A DNA stretch of 64,000 bases, taken from the human T2T-CHM13v2.0 reference genome, Homo sapiens. The notes under the pieces are model-generated. The model was not told the DNA's origin and ran no database searches. It saw only the letters and a list, made by a program, of their open reading frames with translations. Shown here in pieces: positions 13,925 through 31,571 of this stretch. Both the position numbers and the translations under genes were made by a program. Numbering within the stretch: the first letter of the stretch is position 1; the number at the start of each line of letters is the position of its first letter. The stretch is taken from the NCBI RefSeq assembly GCF_009914755.1, contig NC_060926.1. One strand, given 5' to 3'.

Positions 13925-14275
13925 ATTTCTTTCTTTTTTTCTTTTCTTTCATTCTTTATTTTTTTGGACAGAGTCTCACTCTGTCACCCAGCCTGGTGTG
14001 CAGTGGCTCCATCTCAAATGGCACCATCTTGCTGCCACCTCCGCCTCCCAGGTTCAAGTGATTCTCCCACCTCAGCCTCCCAAGTAGCTGGGACTGTGGG
14101 CATGTGCCACCACTGTGGGCATGCGCCACCACTGCAAGCTAATTTTTGTATTTTTAGTAGAGATGGAGTTTCAGCATGTTGGCAAGGCTGGTTTCAAACT
14201 CCTGACCTCAAGGGATCTGCCCCCCTCAACCTCCCAAAGTGCTGGGATTACAAGCATGAGCCACCATGCCTGACC
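13925..14275 (-). mobile_element. Alu (J or old S) with two internal tandem duplications
   Basis: Antisense dimeric Alu with T-rich tail at 13925-13965. Confidence 0.9.
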
Positions 14276-14574
14276 TACATGCGTATTTTTTGTTTGACCT
14301 CTGTGAACTGTTTATCTTCCTGCCATTTCAATCATGTATCATATATATACATATACACACACACATATATATGTATATATAATATGAAATAAATATAAAA
14401 ATAAAACTATATATTCCTTTTTATTTATGTCCAATCTTTCAGTTTTATCTTTATTATGAGGTTTGTTTAGTGTGCTTAGTCCACTGTACTACCAGAAACT
14501 GAAGGCTGTCATTAATTTGTATTTGAGCTCTTATATCCCTCCCTCAGCAAGAGTTTTAAAAGATCTTAAATATA

Positions 14575-14857
14575 GGCTAGACATGGTAGCTCATGCCTGT
14601 AATCCCTGCACTTTGGGAGGCTGAGACAGCAGGATAGCTTGAGCCCAGGAGTTAAAGACAAGTCTAGGCAACATACTCTCTATAAAAATTTAAAAATTAG
14701 CCAGGCACGGTGATGTACACTGGCAGTCCAAGCTACTCAGGAGGCTGAGGTGGGAGGATTGCTTAAGCCTGGGAGTTCAAGTCTTCAATGAACCAAGACT
14801 GCACTGCTGCCCTCCATCCTGGGCAACAGGGCAAGCCTATGTCTCCAAAAAAAAAAT
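14575..14857 (+). mobile_element. AluJ
   Basis: 'gcttgagcccaggagtt' and 'gtgggaggattgctt'; imperfect TSD aagatcttaaatata / aatgaccttaaaaatc. Confidence 0.88.
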
Positions 14858-16392
14858 GACCTTAAAAATCTGGAATCCATAATAATATCATAATAACACT
14901 TATGAATTTTTCATTTTACGTAGCATCCTTAATTCCTTATAATTGCTTGTTACTCCTTACATCTTGATAAACAAACATATGGGCTATGGATTAATTTACC
15001 CAATAATTTGTGTGCCTTATATGCTCAAATCTACAAAAATAATTAGAAAACTCATGGAACATTTAATTTGATGTAGATGATTAGAGTTTATATATATATC
15101 ATGTCACCTTTATTAGTTTTTAAACCCTAAGAACTGAATAACTATAAAATGAACATGTCAATTATAACACATTTAATGGAAAAAATGACCTTTGCAAAAA
15201 CTTTTTTATTTTTTCTAAACATTCCTATCATTTTAAAAGCACATATTAATGCAGGGATCATCAATGCAAAGTCGTTGAGAATGTACCATACCCTCAGGTT
15301 TGTAACAATCAGAATCTAGTCTTTGTATTTAATCTGTCAGGATTACCACTAATTAGAGAAGCATGTTCACATGTAGATCAAATAAGGTATAAAGCAACAT
15401 GTATTGTTTGATATAGGCAAGTTCAATTCTCACAAAAGCCACTTCCTCTCTGAATTTGAGAAGTTACCAACCTATAACTCATATAGAAATTATAATGAAC
15501 TTTTACCTCCTAAAATTTTGAGTGCTTGAAAATGAAAGACAAGCTCAATTAGAAGGCAGCACAATTTTCAGAAGATTGTAAGTCACCAATATATAAAAAT
15601 CTTTATTTTTATTATCATTATTATAATCACTAGTACTACCGACCAGCAAAATAAAAATCGCCCTTAATGATTTCAAGTCTACTATCATTATCCTTATGTA
15701 ACAATTGGTTATTTAAGATAAATTATTTCTTTTCTTATCCCTTTCTTTATCATAAGCAGACTCATTTTCTTTCATAAAGTTTCCTCTATTACAGAACGTG
15801 ACCACATTTTCCACATTTGTTAGGCTTTGTCAGGTGGCAAAGGTTACTGTGGATGATACAGATTATTTTAAAAGATGCAAGAGAAAGTAAGGGAATTAGA
15901 AACAATGGTGTTAGGGCTCAAAGAGAAGACACATAGTGTTCAAGTAGCCTGAAGGATGCATTATTGACTTTACAGGAAGTCCAGTAAGTGGATACCTCAA
16001 TAAAGGCAGCCTCCCTGGCTGTCTCGATTGCACTATTCCTGCACTCCCAAATATTAGAATTTCTCTATAATTCCCTCTCTACCTTGTGACTTTTCCTTTC
16101 CTATGCCTTTTGCTTAGTCATAGCCTCTACCATTTGGCTTCTTTCTATATGTCTTCTTCCTATTAATCTTATGTCCCATTACCAAATTGAGTCCATCTTT
16201 ATACCCTTCTGTCAAATGTCTTTTGTTTTCTGCATTTTTTTTTTTTCATTTTGTTCCTACTGTTGCTGTTTGACAGGGCTGTGACACCAGAATATCTAAA
16301 GGCTACTGGCCTGGCTATAAATTGCTTTTGCCTCTATTATACACCCACACTTGATCCAACCAGCAACTTAAAGGGGACAGACTTCTATGATA

Positions 16393-16393
<1 letters not shown>

Positions 16394-16434
<41 letters not shown>
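16394..16434. repeat. (CA)n microsatellite
   Basis: About 20 perfect units. Confidence 0.97.
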
Positions 16435-16437
<3 letters not shown>

Positions 16438-18172
16438 CAGAGCAGGGGTGTAGAAAGGTTGGCAGTCTGAGGACTGAGCAGTGAAATCAGTCATTTTGTT
16501 CAGTCCTAATCAGAGTGATCACTTATTTGGAAGAATCTTTTCCCTCAAATCCAGTACCTCAAAGGTATTGTGATCATTTTGTCATTGATAAATGTTCATG
16601 TCTTTTCTCTTTCTACTTCCAAGCCACATAATTCCTATATTCTGTTCTCAGATCATTTCTTTATCCCATTCCTTCTGATCTAAGAATAACTGACCCATTC
16701 TAATGTATATTTTTACACTTCTTTGATACATTCCCTTGAATAGCTATAGAATACTACCTTCTTCCATGCACATTTCTCAATCATTTCAAGCTTTTCTAAG
16801 TTATTGACCTGCTGATAGATATTACTTTGCTATATTCTTGCCTGCATCATTTGATGTGCTGAGACTGCCATCTTACCCTGACACATTTCATTAATGTACT
16901 TTCTTTAACAGTATAAAACAATAGATCAAGAGAGTTCCCTGTAGTAACTTTTCATCTTAGACAAAAAAAATGCTTTTATTCCAGAATCACTGCTTCTGTT
17001 GTTTGATAGCCCATTAATATTCTGGCATTTGTTTATTGTTACATTCGTTTACAGATTGCTCCATTGCATTTTTTAAATGTCTGCAATATCAAGAGGTGAG
17101 AGAGGAGAAACTCAAGAAAGAAACTAGCTCAATTTATTCAAATAAACACCCTTAATTCCTATCAAAATAATAATATTTAAAGTCTCTGGATGACAGTCAT
17201 TGTATTCTATTTTGTTTGAGCCAAAACAACTCACTTCTTTAGGTTATTTTTCTGAGACAAGTAACAAAATCCACTCTATTATTTTGGTTTCTGACTTCAG
17301 TTTCAACTCTTTTATTAATGTGTCATAGCACATATTGTGGAGAAATAATTTCAAAGAAGGGTTACCCTTTGTTATGCTGATCAGACTTTCAAAATCTATT
17401 TTTTCCTGCTACAACCAAAAATTTACACAAAAATTAATATCTGTTGCTAAAACTTAGAAAAATAAGATTTATGTACTTAGCATTAAGACTCCAAAGATTC
17501 AAAACAAGCCAGGAAATACATCTGTTATATATTCTTTTTGCTTTACTTCATTTTAAGATGAAATGCTATACAGGTACTTAAGGTAGAATGATAAACAAAA
17601 AGAAGCAGACAGAAACAACAGATATCTACCAGAATCATCATGAAAAAACTAAGTATAGAGATATTAATATGTCCATAATATGTTTTATTTTATCTTTTAT
17701 GTTGTCAAGATTCCTACTTAGTCCAATTTAGTACTTTATTTGTATAATAATAACTGTATTTTAATATAAACTGTTAAGAACTGATAGACTAAGTATTGGC
17801 ACATATTGGAACAAAACATAACCACCATTAAAAGTTACAAAAATCACACACAACACATGCACACACACATAAACACACACAAAGAAGTTTGTATTCCAGT
17901 GACTGACATACCGCAGGGGACTCAAAAAATATCTGTTGCAATTAATTGGTAAACAAATGATGATTCTAACTGAAAGACCTCCTCCTCTTTTGGTAACACT
18001 TTAGGGTGTTGTTTTCATAATATTCTTTTCAAAGAATCCAGTGTTTTAAGTATTTGAGGACTGTATGACACAACAATGTTACTGAGGTGTACTGTAGACT
18101 CCAGGCAGAAGCTGCTCCTGAAAGACACTCAGACCTCAAATAGACTGCATACTTGTAGTCACAAAACTATAT

Positions 18173-18484
18173 TGTATTAGTCTGTTTTCATGCTGCTGAT
18201 AAAGACATAGCTGAGACTGGGCCATTAACAAAGGAAAAAGGTTTAACGGAGAACTCACAGTTCCACGTGAGTGGAAGGGAGGCCGGCCAAGAGAGACTGT
18301 GTAGGGGAACTCCTATTTTTAAAACCGTCAGATCTCGTGAGACCCATTCACTATCACGAGAACAGCACGGGAAAGACCCACGCCATGATTCCATCATCTC
18401 CAACCAGGTCCCTCCCACAACAAGTAGGAATTATGGGAGCTACAAGATGAGATTTTGGTGGAGACACAAAGCCAAACCATATCA
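18173..18484 (-). mobile_element. THE1 solo LTR (MaLR)
   Basis: Runs 'tgtattagtctgttttcatgctgctgataaagacata' to 'gccaaaccatatca'; 5-bp imperfect TSD tatat/tctat. Confidence 0.9.
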
Positions 18485-21298
18485 TCTATAAAAAGGTCAG
18501 CAATAACAGTGGTGAAGTATGACATTTCAGGGTCTATTTTAGCTACAGGAAATGGGCATGGTTTTAATTTTTCACTGATTTGGTTATGGTAATATGTCAT
18601 AATATTCTTAAACAAGGACAATTGTACCTGGTAGTTGTCAGAGGGTTACATAAGCATAGTCTAAATCTTTCAAAGGTTTTCATGTAAAACAGTTTGGTTT
18701 CTGTTTAAATGCTGAGAATGAAATAAAACTGTTTTTCAACTTCAGCTCAGCTCTCTTGTTTCAGATGTCCATAAGCAAAATTTAGCAGTTGCTTATAAAA
18801 GTTTCAGTTGGAGATATATTGGACCATCTGTTTCATTTGCTCTCCAATACTTGAAGATAAGTAACCCCTGGCATCAGAAGCAAATACAACAGCTGTGATT
18901 TTGCTTGTAGTATGCTAGTTGTGCTATCAAGATTCCAAATCCTAGGGTATCATAATGTCTTCCAAGGCCAAATGATTTAAACCAAGGTCAGTAGATTGTT
19001 CTCTGAGGACAGGGAAAAATAATAGTTTAGGATTTGATCACTCAGGTATGGTGACAATTAGCATTAATTTGTGACTTTTAGATACTGAAATTGATTTTAC
19101 CACTAAAGTAGAAAATTTCAAACTGAATAAGGTATGCGCACATCAATCTAATAAATGTGGATGATCAAAGCAAACCAGATGCTTTACAAACATCTCCTCT
19201 ATGTGAGGGGTGTATAGCATCTCTTAAACTCCTTATATTATCTCTAAATCACAACATTTAGTCCATGCCACACTCATTTGACTACTAGTAAATTCAGTTA
19301 AGATCATATTTTATGGAGTCTTCTCTTCTACTGAGTTTTAGGTAAGCTGGAATATTTGGTCTTGAGTTCATATTGAACACTGCTTGCCCAAGCCAACATG
19401 GCTTTTCTGAAGTGTTTCTTTTGTTCCTATGCCTATTCTTTTGTTCTTATACAGGAATGCTTTGCTGTGGCTCTCAATGCTTTTAGTATTCTGGTCTGCT
19501 TTCTCCCCTCTATTTGTCCACCCAATGCCCAATTCTCCTGCCATCAATTCAGAGGGCCTGTCATCTAAGACTTCATGGTGCATGTACTGCTGCTACAGGT
19601 AGACAGTTTCATCAGTGCTCACCCCTGATCCTCCATACTTCTTTCAAATCAATCAATGTGAATGGCCTTTCCTCTTGTCTTCTCACAACCTGGATGTATT
19701 TTCTAAAACAAATGTCTCGTAGAAGTTCTCTTCTGGAAGTAGTGCAAATATTTTGTTTTGCTTCCAAACTTCCTAAGTCAAAATAACTATCTTTTGGGGA
19801 TGAGAAAGAGTTTGCCACTTTTTTCATTCACTTGCAGCAACATAAATCTGAAATAAACTACCTTCTCACTTGTAGGTGTACTCACGATGCAGGGGAAAAG
19901 TACAAAATATTTTACAAAACCTTCTACTTCAAAATATTTATCTTCTATTAAAATGCATTTTATGTATTAAATTCTCTTGAATAGGTTATTTATAAGTAAG
20001 GTTTAGATGATAGGTTATATGCTCATCATATTTATGAGTAACTTAAGTTCTTTTCTGTGTTACTAATTATTTGTGAAGCTATTACATTCAGAAGCAAAAG
20101 TATTTTTCATTCAACTAAGAAATAAAGCTTTGATACTATCAACCTACATTAATAGCTCAGGTGACAATGATGAATAGAGTCTTCCAAATTTTCAGATTTC
20201 AGTATACTGATAAAGTTCAACGAATTTCACTAAACATGGCTTACCATCTTGTAGAAATGTCTTAATGGGTAAAAAGCATGATTCACATATAACTATTTTG
20301 CCCTAAATACAAGAAAATAACATATATTTTTAGAATTGATTTCTAGCCAGGGATTAGGACAGGCTTTAAAATATTATATTACCATGTAAGGTTTTAGGAA
20401 AAGTTCTTAATACTGCTGACATTTTAAAACTTGCCTGAAAAATTGGCTGTTGGCATATTCTAATCCTACTAGGAGGACTGAGTAGCAAAGCTTATCTCTC
20501 ATTATTTTTTCCTCTGGGAGAAAGGACAAACAAAGAGGTTTGATAAATAACTAGTGAATATTAAATGGCAGTGATCAGTATTAATTTAGGGTAATTGTTT
20601 TAATGTATGGCCAATTGACATAACATTATACGGACTCAAATATTTATCAATGATACAAGTTCATTTTGAGGGTGTACCATTTATTTAAAATGAATCTTCC
20701 TGTGGACAAAGTGCCAAGCATTCTGAAAATTCACAGGTCCCAGTTTCCTGGTTTATTTTGTTCACTCCTGACTTATTAACCCATTTAATTAAAAATGACA
20801 TATTACTTCCTATATTTGTATTCTTTACATATAAATCTGCCAGAACAGAGAAACAAATTCATCTTCATTCTCATGACAGAGATAGAGAAAATTGCCACTT
20901 GTACAAAAAATATTCATTACATTTGTGGTCTTATAAACAGCATCCTGGAATTTCTCTCCGGTGTCACTTGGATTTATTTTAGTGTATACTATTCGAAGAT
21001 AATGGCTGAAATCAAACGATGAATCCTTTAGTGAATTGAGAAGATAGTGTGGCTTCCAAAAATATGACAGCTTTTGTTTCTTCTTAAAAAGTCCATCCTC
21101 CATTGCAGGGATTTTTGGCATACCTAAATTTATGTCCATTTGTTCATTTGTCACACAAATAGAAATGCATCCTTTAAGCAACAGGCACAATATGGGATGC
21201 TGCAGGTGAGATAACAGCATGGCACATGGTTTCTGTTTAAACGTTCCTTACAAGCTAATTATGGAGATCAGACATTGCACAAATATCTAATTCAAGGT

Positions 21299-21328
21299 GG
21301 TGTGTGTGTGTGTGTGTGTGTGCGCGCA
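21299..21328. repeat. (TG)n(CG)n microsatellite
   Basis: Directly visible. Confidence 0.93.
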
Positions 21329-21594
21329 CATGTGTGCATGCCATGCAAGAGATACAAATTTGGTACTGTAGAAGCATACACAGGAGGAATCACATCATTC
21401 TGCCTAGATAAATCAGAGAAAGTAATTTAAGAGGAAAATAATATTGGCTAAATCTTGAGGCTTTGAACCTTGATTTCGAAAAATTGGTCATCAGGAGTAA
21501 GGAGCGCACCTAGTCAGAAGAAACACCATGAACTCACCCAGGGCAAACACTACTGTTTTTGACTTCTGGCAATCTTTACAAATTGGCTGAAATT

Positions 21595-21710
21595 AAGGTA
21601 ATTAAGGTCAAATCTTAATTTGATCAACACTGAGAAATTTCCTGGAATGTGGGATTTTCAGTGTTAAAACAAGGACACACATGAACAAACTGAGATGATT
21701 GCTCACCCTA
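21595..21710. mobile_element. MER81-like short hAT DNA transposon
   Basis: Ends '...tgctcacccta'; internal 'cctggaatgtgggattttcagtgttaaaac' resembles MER81. Confidence 0.55.
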
Positions 21711-21969
21711 GATTAAATACAAGTTTTTTCCTACCTTTATCTTCTTCCCAATGTTATTCTTATTTCTATGTCATACCTTTCCAACTTTAATCTACAAGTA
21801 TTTTTACATATGAATCTAATAATCCATTAAACCCAGCAAATCAATTGAAGACTTTCCCCCTTTTGTGTGATCTGCAAGGGTTTAACCTTCATTGTCTTCA
21901 GAAAGTGGGGTGGAGAGATGATACTACATTCAGACTCCTTAGCATGGCAAAAACAACACAGAAAGGTAA

Positions 21970-22215
21970 TGATGATAAGAATAATAATAGCTAACACAAA
22001 TTGAGTTATTACTAGGGGTTGTTCTAAGCATTTCATGTATATTTATGCATTTAATACCTATAACAACCATAAGAGATGGGAATATCTGTGAAATTGTTAC
22101 AGTGAGAAAACTCAGGCATTGAAATATTAAGTAACTTGTCCAAGTGCTGAAACTGGAAGTAAAAACCAAAGCAATATGACTTCAGCTTCAATCCTCTTCA
22201 TTACACTACTGGATT
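21970..22215 (-). mobile_element. MIR SINE
   Basis: 'ataataatagctaacac...gagaaaactcaggcattgaaatattaagtaacttgtccaag' is the antisense MIR core. Confidence 0.85.
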
Positions 22216-23439
22216 TCCATGTAAAATCTAAACTTTATATTCTGCAGTATTTAGAATAAGATGCAAGGTCAAAAAAGGTTGGGTTTAAAAATTTTTTTTC
22301 ATTCCTTTCTTTTTTTTAAGATGGGAAAGATTTAAGGGGATTTAAAGACTGAAGACAGGAAGACAGTAGAAGTCCAGAAAAGAAACGGAATGCTACTGGA
22401 AGTTATAAGAGGAAATCATCAAAGGGGAGCATTGGCCTTGAAAATTCTTCTTTCAGTGGAGGGAGGTTAATGCTGTTATTCACCAGACTTTATAGGATAA
22501 AGAAATAGATGAAATATAGAATCTAGGAAATATATAAATGAAAATGATCTCAAATTAAGTGAAATGACATTATTTTTCCATAACTATTTTTCGAAGAATT
22601 TCCTTTTTTTGCATTGAGAAAGAGGAGATTGAAAAGGGATAGATCAAGTTGATGTGTAAGGCTTACTAGGGTAAACTTCTGTCAGTCAAGCTCATTGCTC
22701 TCTCTGGAACATTTTTCACATATCCTTCTGAATAAAACTCTTCCCTTAACATCTAGTACAGTCTGTTTCTATCTCTCTAAACACATGTTCCTAATCTCAT
22801 TGCTGGATCTTACTCTCCTTTTATCAAATCTGTGTGTGCCCTAAAGGTTTATTCATGTAATTTTAACATTCATTCATCCACAACTGTTTTCCTCTATCAT
22901 TGTGGTAATGTCAACTCACATATTTGTTTCTCATTACATATGTTTAGTTAAATTAATAATCATAGAACAAATCTTGGATTTGTCAAAAATTTGATAAGAT
23001 AAATTTTACAGTGGATTCTATTGCCACAGTTTTTACACAGAAAAATAGTAACTTCTGAAAAGTTTTCTTCTTGTTGGCAGGAATAAACAGTTCACTGTTA
23101 ATTTTTTCTGTAGCTATATCTACATGATAGTTAAATATTTCAACATCTAAAATATTCTGCCATCTTAAATCTACAGTTTTATTAATAGTTTTTTTTTTGC
23201 TTTTATTTTAAAATTTCAATGTTGTCATTTATACTTCTAGTAGAAAAAAAAAGCCAAAATACTTTCTACTAGACTTAACCTTGCAGCATTATCCACTTTA
23301 AAATGGAGTTGGATTGCATGGACACAGTCTAAAAACAAAATTATGTTGCATCATCTAAGGAGAAATAAACTCATTTTCAAGGAATGAAAACTCTAGAGTT
23401 TCTAGAGTTCTCTAGCCTCTAGAGGCTAGAGAGACACTC

Positions 23440-24005
23440 TCTGATTATTTGTAAAAAGAAAAAAAAAAGTCTAGACCCTGAACAGATCACTTCAAGGCAA
23501 CTTAGATTTTTTTCTAACATGTACCTCGAAAACTCTTCCAGCCTCTACCCATTACCCAGTTCCAAAGCCACTTCCACATTTTTAGGTATTTGTTACAGAA
23601 GCACCCCACACTTGGTACCAAAATCTGTATTAGTTTGCTAAGTATGCCACAATGAGTACTACAGACTGGGTGGTTCAAACAACAGAAATCTATTTTCTCA
23701 AACTTCAACATCGAGTTGTCAGTAGGGTTGGTTTTATTTTGCGGCCCCTCTCCTTACCTTGTAGATGGTTGTCTTATCCCTCTGTTTTCACACAGTCATT
23801 TCTCTGTATATGCACGTGTGTGGTCTCTCTTTCTGTGTGTCCAAATTTCCTCTTCTTAAAGGACACCAGCCATATTGGGATAAAGATCACACTAAAGCCC
23901 TCATTTTAAATTAATAACTTATTTAAAGACCCAAATACAATTACATTCTGAGGTACTAGGGGTTAGGACTTCGAAATATGAATTTATTGGGAACAGAATT
24001 AACAT
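23440..24005 (-). mobile_element. MLT1-type MaLR LTR (23626-about 24005) plus a short truncated internal segment (about 23440-23625)
   Basis: LTR end 'tgtattagtttgct'; internal start 'cccagttccaaagccacttccacattttt' (antisense of aaaatgtggaagtggctttggaactggg). Confidence 0.82.
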
Positions 24006-24176
24006 GCACTACTTTCAAAAAGTGCTGTATAATTAACAACATTTAACATGTAGACATCTCTGTTATTTCAAAGAAACAACTGAGATCAAGCAGTTAAGAG
24101 ACTCGCTTAGAGTTACATAGCTAATTAGAAGGATAACCAGGACTGGGTTTTCATATTTTTTTCCCTATTCTTCTAA

Positions 24177-25130
<954 letters not shown>

Positions 25131-27318
25131 TGCTGTAAACTTAGAAATAACTGTTTCTGGGAAAACTTTGCTGTTCACACTGGATTCGTTCCCTCTCCCT
25201 GTGCTCTATTCCTGCTGCACTGCAGCTACCATGACACTTAGTGCTCTGGATTCTTGGGGCCTGAACAATTGTCTGAGTGCTACCCACTCCCTCAGTAGGC
25301 TGGCAATTCCTGTAGGACAGAAGCTATGAGTTCTTACCATATCTCTGTAATGCTTCTTTTTGAGAGGAGGTAATAATCACATAAACACTACTTGTGGTGA
25401 ATGAATTCTGGTCTACACAATTTTAATGAAATATTTATTCTATTTTATTAGGTTGCTACATCTTTGGGTAACATTATTGAAGACTCAGGTAGACAATTTA
25501 TATAAAAACAGATTTAGTTTTTGGCAGTACATCTAGCCAAGATAACATGTAGAAAATAAGATTCAGCACATAGAGATATATCTTTATTAGTCTTGTGTCT
25601 TGGGTTTTTTTTTTCTTTTTTCCTGAAAATCAGATTGAGGGATGTAACTTAGTAAAAGTGTCTCAGTTCATTTTGTCTGCCCTGGCACTTTAAAATTCAT
25701 TTAAAGTTTTGAAAAATGGATGCTTAAGGAACATGAAGACGTTTAACAACATTAGTGTGCAGTGATAAAAAAAATATGAGAACGAAAGCAATAGTACCTC
25801 AAATTAAAATATAAGGACTATATAACATTTTTAAAATGTGTATACTAAATTATGATGAAATGAAAGTGACATAAATAGACAGAAAAGTGGTTACCTACTA
25901 TATTTAAACTTATTAGCAATTCTGGCAGGCCGAACACAGGCAGGGAGTTTTGGACGAAGGTGTCTATTACAGAGTGATCTGCAATCTGTTCACTGAGGCA
26001 GAGCTGCAGGAAAACCTCAGAGAAAACTCAGGTCAAATCTCATTCAAGTTGTCTTAGCCATGACACCATTCAACTCAAAGAAGTAAATGCATAGGATTTA
26101 AAGTATTTCCTATATGCATATTTTCATAATGCTATATCTTAATATTTTACATTAAGGATTTTATATTTTGATCATAAATGAAAGGAATACTTCTAATAGC
26201 TGAGGCATCTGCAAAAAGCTGGGTGCAACTACAGGGAAAATGTCTGAATGTGTAATAGGGTAGAAAATTAGGTAAAAATAAGCATTACTATTTGGCCTTG
26301 TTCTTTATTTTATATTTTTTCCCAGCTGTCTTCAGTAAGGCAGCAATAAGAAAGAGGTGATAGAGACAGTGTAGAGATAGGAATTTTGACATTGATTTCC
26401 TTACCAAGGAGAAGATATGTTGTTAGTATTAAAAAATATATATCTTAAATGTTTGAATGGGTTGGAAAGAGAGGGACCTTTTTAGAGGTTGAAAAGAACT
26501 TTAACAATGTATATGTATGATAGATTCTTTACCCATATTTCCAATTTGCCTTTTAGATATATCATTTTTACATTGGTTTAGATCCCTACCAGAAATTGAC
26601 TGGATGGTCCATTGGATGGTTCTCATTACCAAGATGCTGTCTAGAATGTATTAAAGGAGGTATTATTGCAAGAAAATGTACATATGCCTAAGTATTTAAC
26701 CTCTCAGTGATCATCCTCCAATGCCACTTTCGGCTTCAAGTTGATTAGGATAGCCCAGGAGACCATCAAATAATCTTCATTTTTAAACAGGTTTGGCAAT
26801 TCTAACTTTATCTGCCATTCTGCTATTCTATTGAAGGAGTCATTTTGGAGGCTCTTACCATGGATCCCAGCTGACCCCATGCTGGTAGCCTTAAAGTCCA
26901 ACTTCTGATTCAGTGAGGTTTCTGGGCAATACTATAGAGGCAACTGTTCTTACTGTAATAATTCCTTAATCTTGTATACTAAGGCTAAATACCCTATGTG
27001 ATGGGGTAATGAAATATAAATAACAATTTGTGTTTTTGGCAGTGGTGGAGTATAGAGGAAGGAGAGGCTCCTTATGACTTCTGAAAAGGTCATTAATCAT
27101 AATCACTGTTGTAACAAGCTAAAGTTACATTTTCTTCACTTCAGCAATTGAAAAGTCCATTATAAGTTGATAGACCTGGGACAATGTTATATATAGTATA
27201 TGTAATTCATTTATAAATATTTATAAATACTCTGTTAGCCTCTCATTTTTCTAGAAGACTAATCTCTAGAAAGACAATCTTGAATAATTTTTTAAATTGC
27301 CATTCCTGTCAGTATATG

Positions 27319-29954
<2,636 letters not shown>

Positions 29955-31060
29955 ATGTGTATGTATGTGTGTGTATAAATATATATGATCTATAGTAATA
30001 GATCATAAAATGTGGCCATATGAATAATTTAAAATATGACAAAAATACATAAAGGCATTAATTAGGTCTTCTCTGGACCTCATGGTGTTCACATTCACTG
30101 CCATCAAGTGAATTGGTAACTTTTTAGAAATTTCCAGAACCAGTATAGAAACTGGCTTGAGTAGCTAAAAGACAACCCAAACCCCAAGAAATACTCTGAG
30201 CAGAGTAAAATAATCCACATCATTAATTTTATTAATCAAGAATAGGTTAAGAAAACAAGAAATCTAAATTCTGAACAAAGGTGAACAAAAAGAATTATAG
30301 AAGCAGCATCTAAGACTACAACACTAGATTTACAAGCAGTCTGTATAATAAGCTCCTCACCATTCCTTCCAGATCCCCTTAACCCCTGGTTCCCAACAGA
30401 GTCACTACAAACACACAGGCACAGGCATAGATACATCACCTTTGCCCACTCTCTCTGCTTACTCTCTCTGAGACACTAAGGATGACCTGGGTAAATGAAG
30501 AAATTTATATCTTTAGCTTATTAGGGGAAAATAGCATACCTCTCACATAAAGGACTAAGTGTATTCAGGTTGCTTTTTGAGAGATAAATTATAAATCAAC
30601 ACAATAGCTCTTAGATGCCCAAGGTAGCAAGATTGAGAGTTTCAATATAACTAAGGAAAGAAAAGATCAATCATTACATGGTCACAATGGAAGTCATGAA
30701 AAAGCAACATTACCAAGGCCTTGCAAACTCCATCCACATCAATTAAACATTCTGTCTTAGGGAAGATTTATCCCCATTATGGGTATAGATGTGTTAGAAT
30801 ATTTGGGCATAAAGCTATTAAACATTAAAATCCTGTAATTCACTACTGTTGCTCTCATTTCAGGCTTTCCAAGCATCTGTCTGATGACTGAGGTAGCTTC
30901 CTATAGAGAGAGGTCAGGCTAGTCAGGCCTTCATGAATGCTGAGCCTGGTGACAGGACATTTCTTATTTTAATGTAATACCCTAGAATCTTGATTTATAC
31001 AGTTCACTATCTTAAGGTTGAATCTCCTTGAATCACTCAATTTCAGTGTACTGGCAAAAT

Positions 31061-31169
31061 AGCATTTCTGGATCTGCTCAGCTCAGCTGAGGTTAGGTAA
31101 AGGATCAGGTAAATATCAGCATTTCTGGATCTGCCCAGCTGAGGTTAGGTAAAGGATCAGGTAAATATC
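31061..31169. repeat. Local tandem duplication, two copies of about 52-57 bp
   Basis: 'agcatttctggatctgc...gctgaggttaggtaaaggatcaggtaaatatc' occurs twice. Confidence 0.95.
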
Positions 31170-31571
31170 ACTTCACTCCATTTTATAAAATCTAGACCTT
31201 TCTGGCAAACCTCTGGCTTCACTGTCCGCCTATCTTTAAAATTTCAAAAATGCCTACTTTTTTGGTTTATGATGGGTATTAAACAGGATTATATATAAAA
31301 TGACCCTGGCCTGGTGCATTTTATTTAAGGCTCATATAACATTGCTTCTCTTTCTGAACTTGAGAGCTCATAAAACAACTTTAACATTGTGGCACTCTGG
31401 TGCTCGTTCTGCCTCAACAGGAAAAACTTAATGCCCCAAACTAAAGCTGGGCAGTATGCCAGTCTATAGTGGTTTTTAAATAATATGCTTTTTCTTGATT
31501 ATAAAAGCAAAAGATATATTTAATTCAGACACATAGAGAGCTATAAAAAGTGAAATAAAATCATTCATAAC

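Noticed and set aside
20825-21220. 131-aa minus-strand ORF in mostly unique sequence
   Set aside because: No recognisable domain, and its composition mirrors the AT-rich background.
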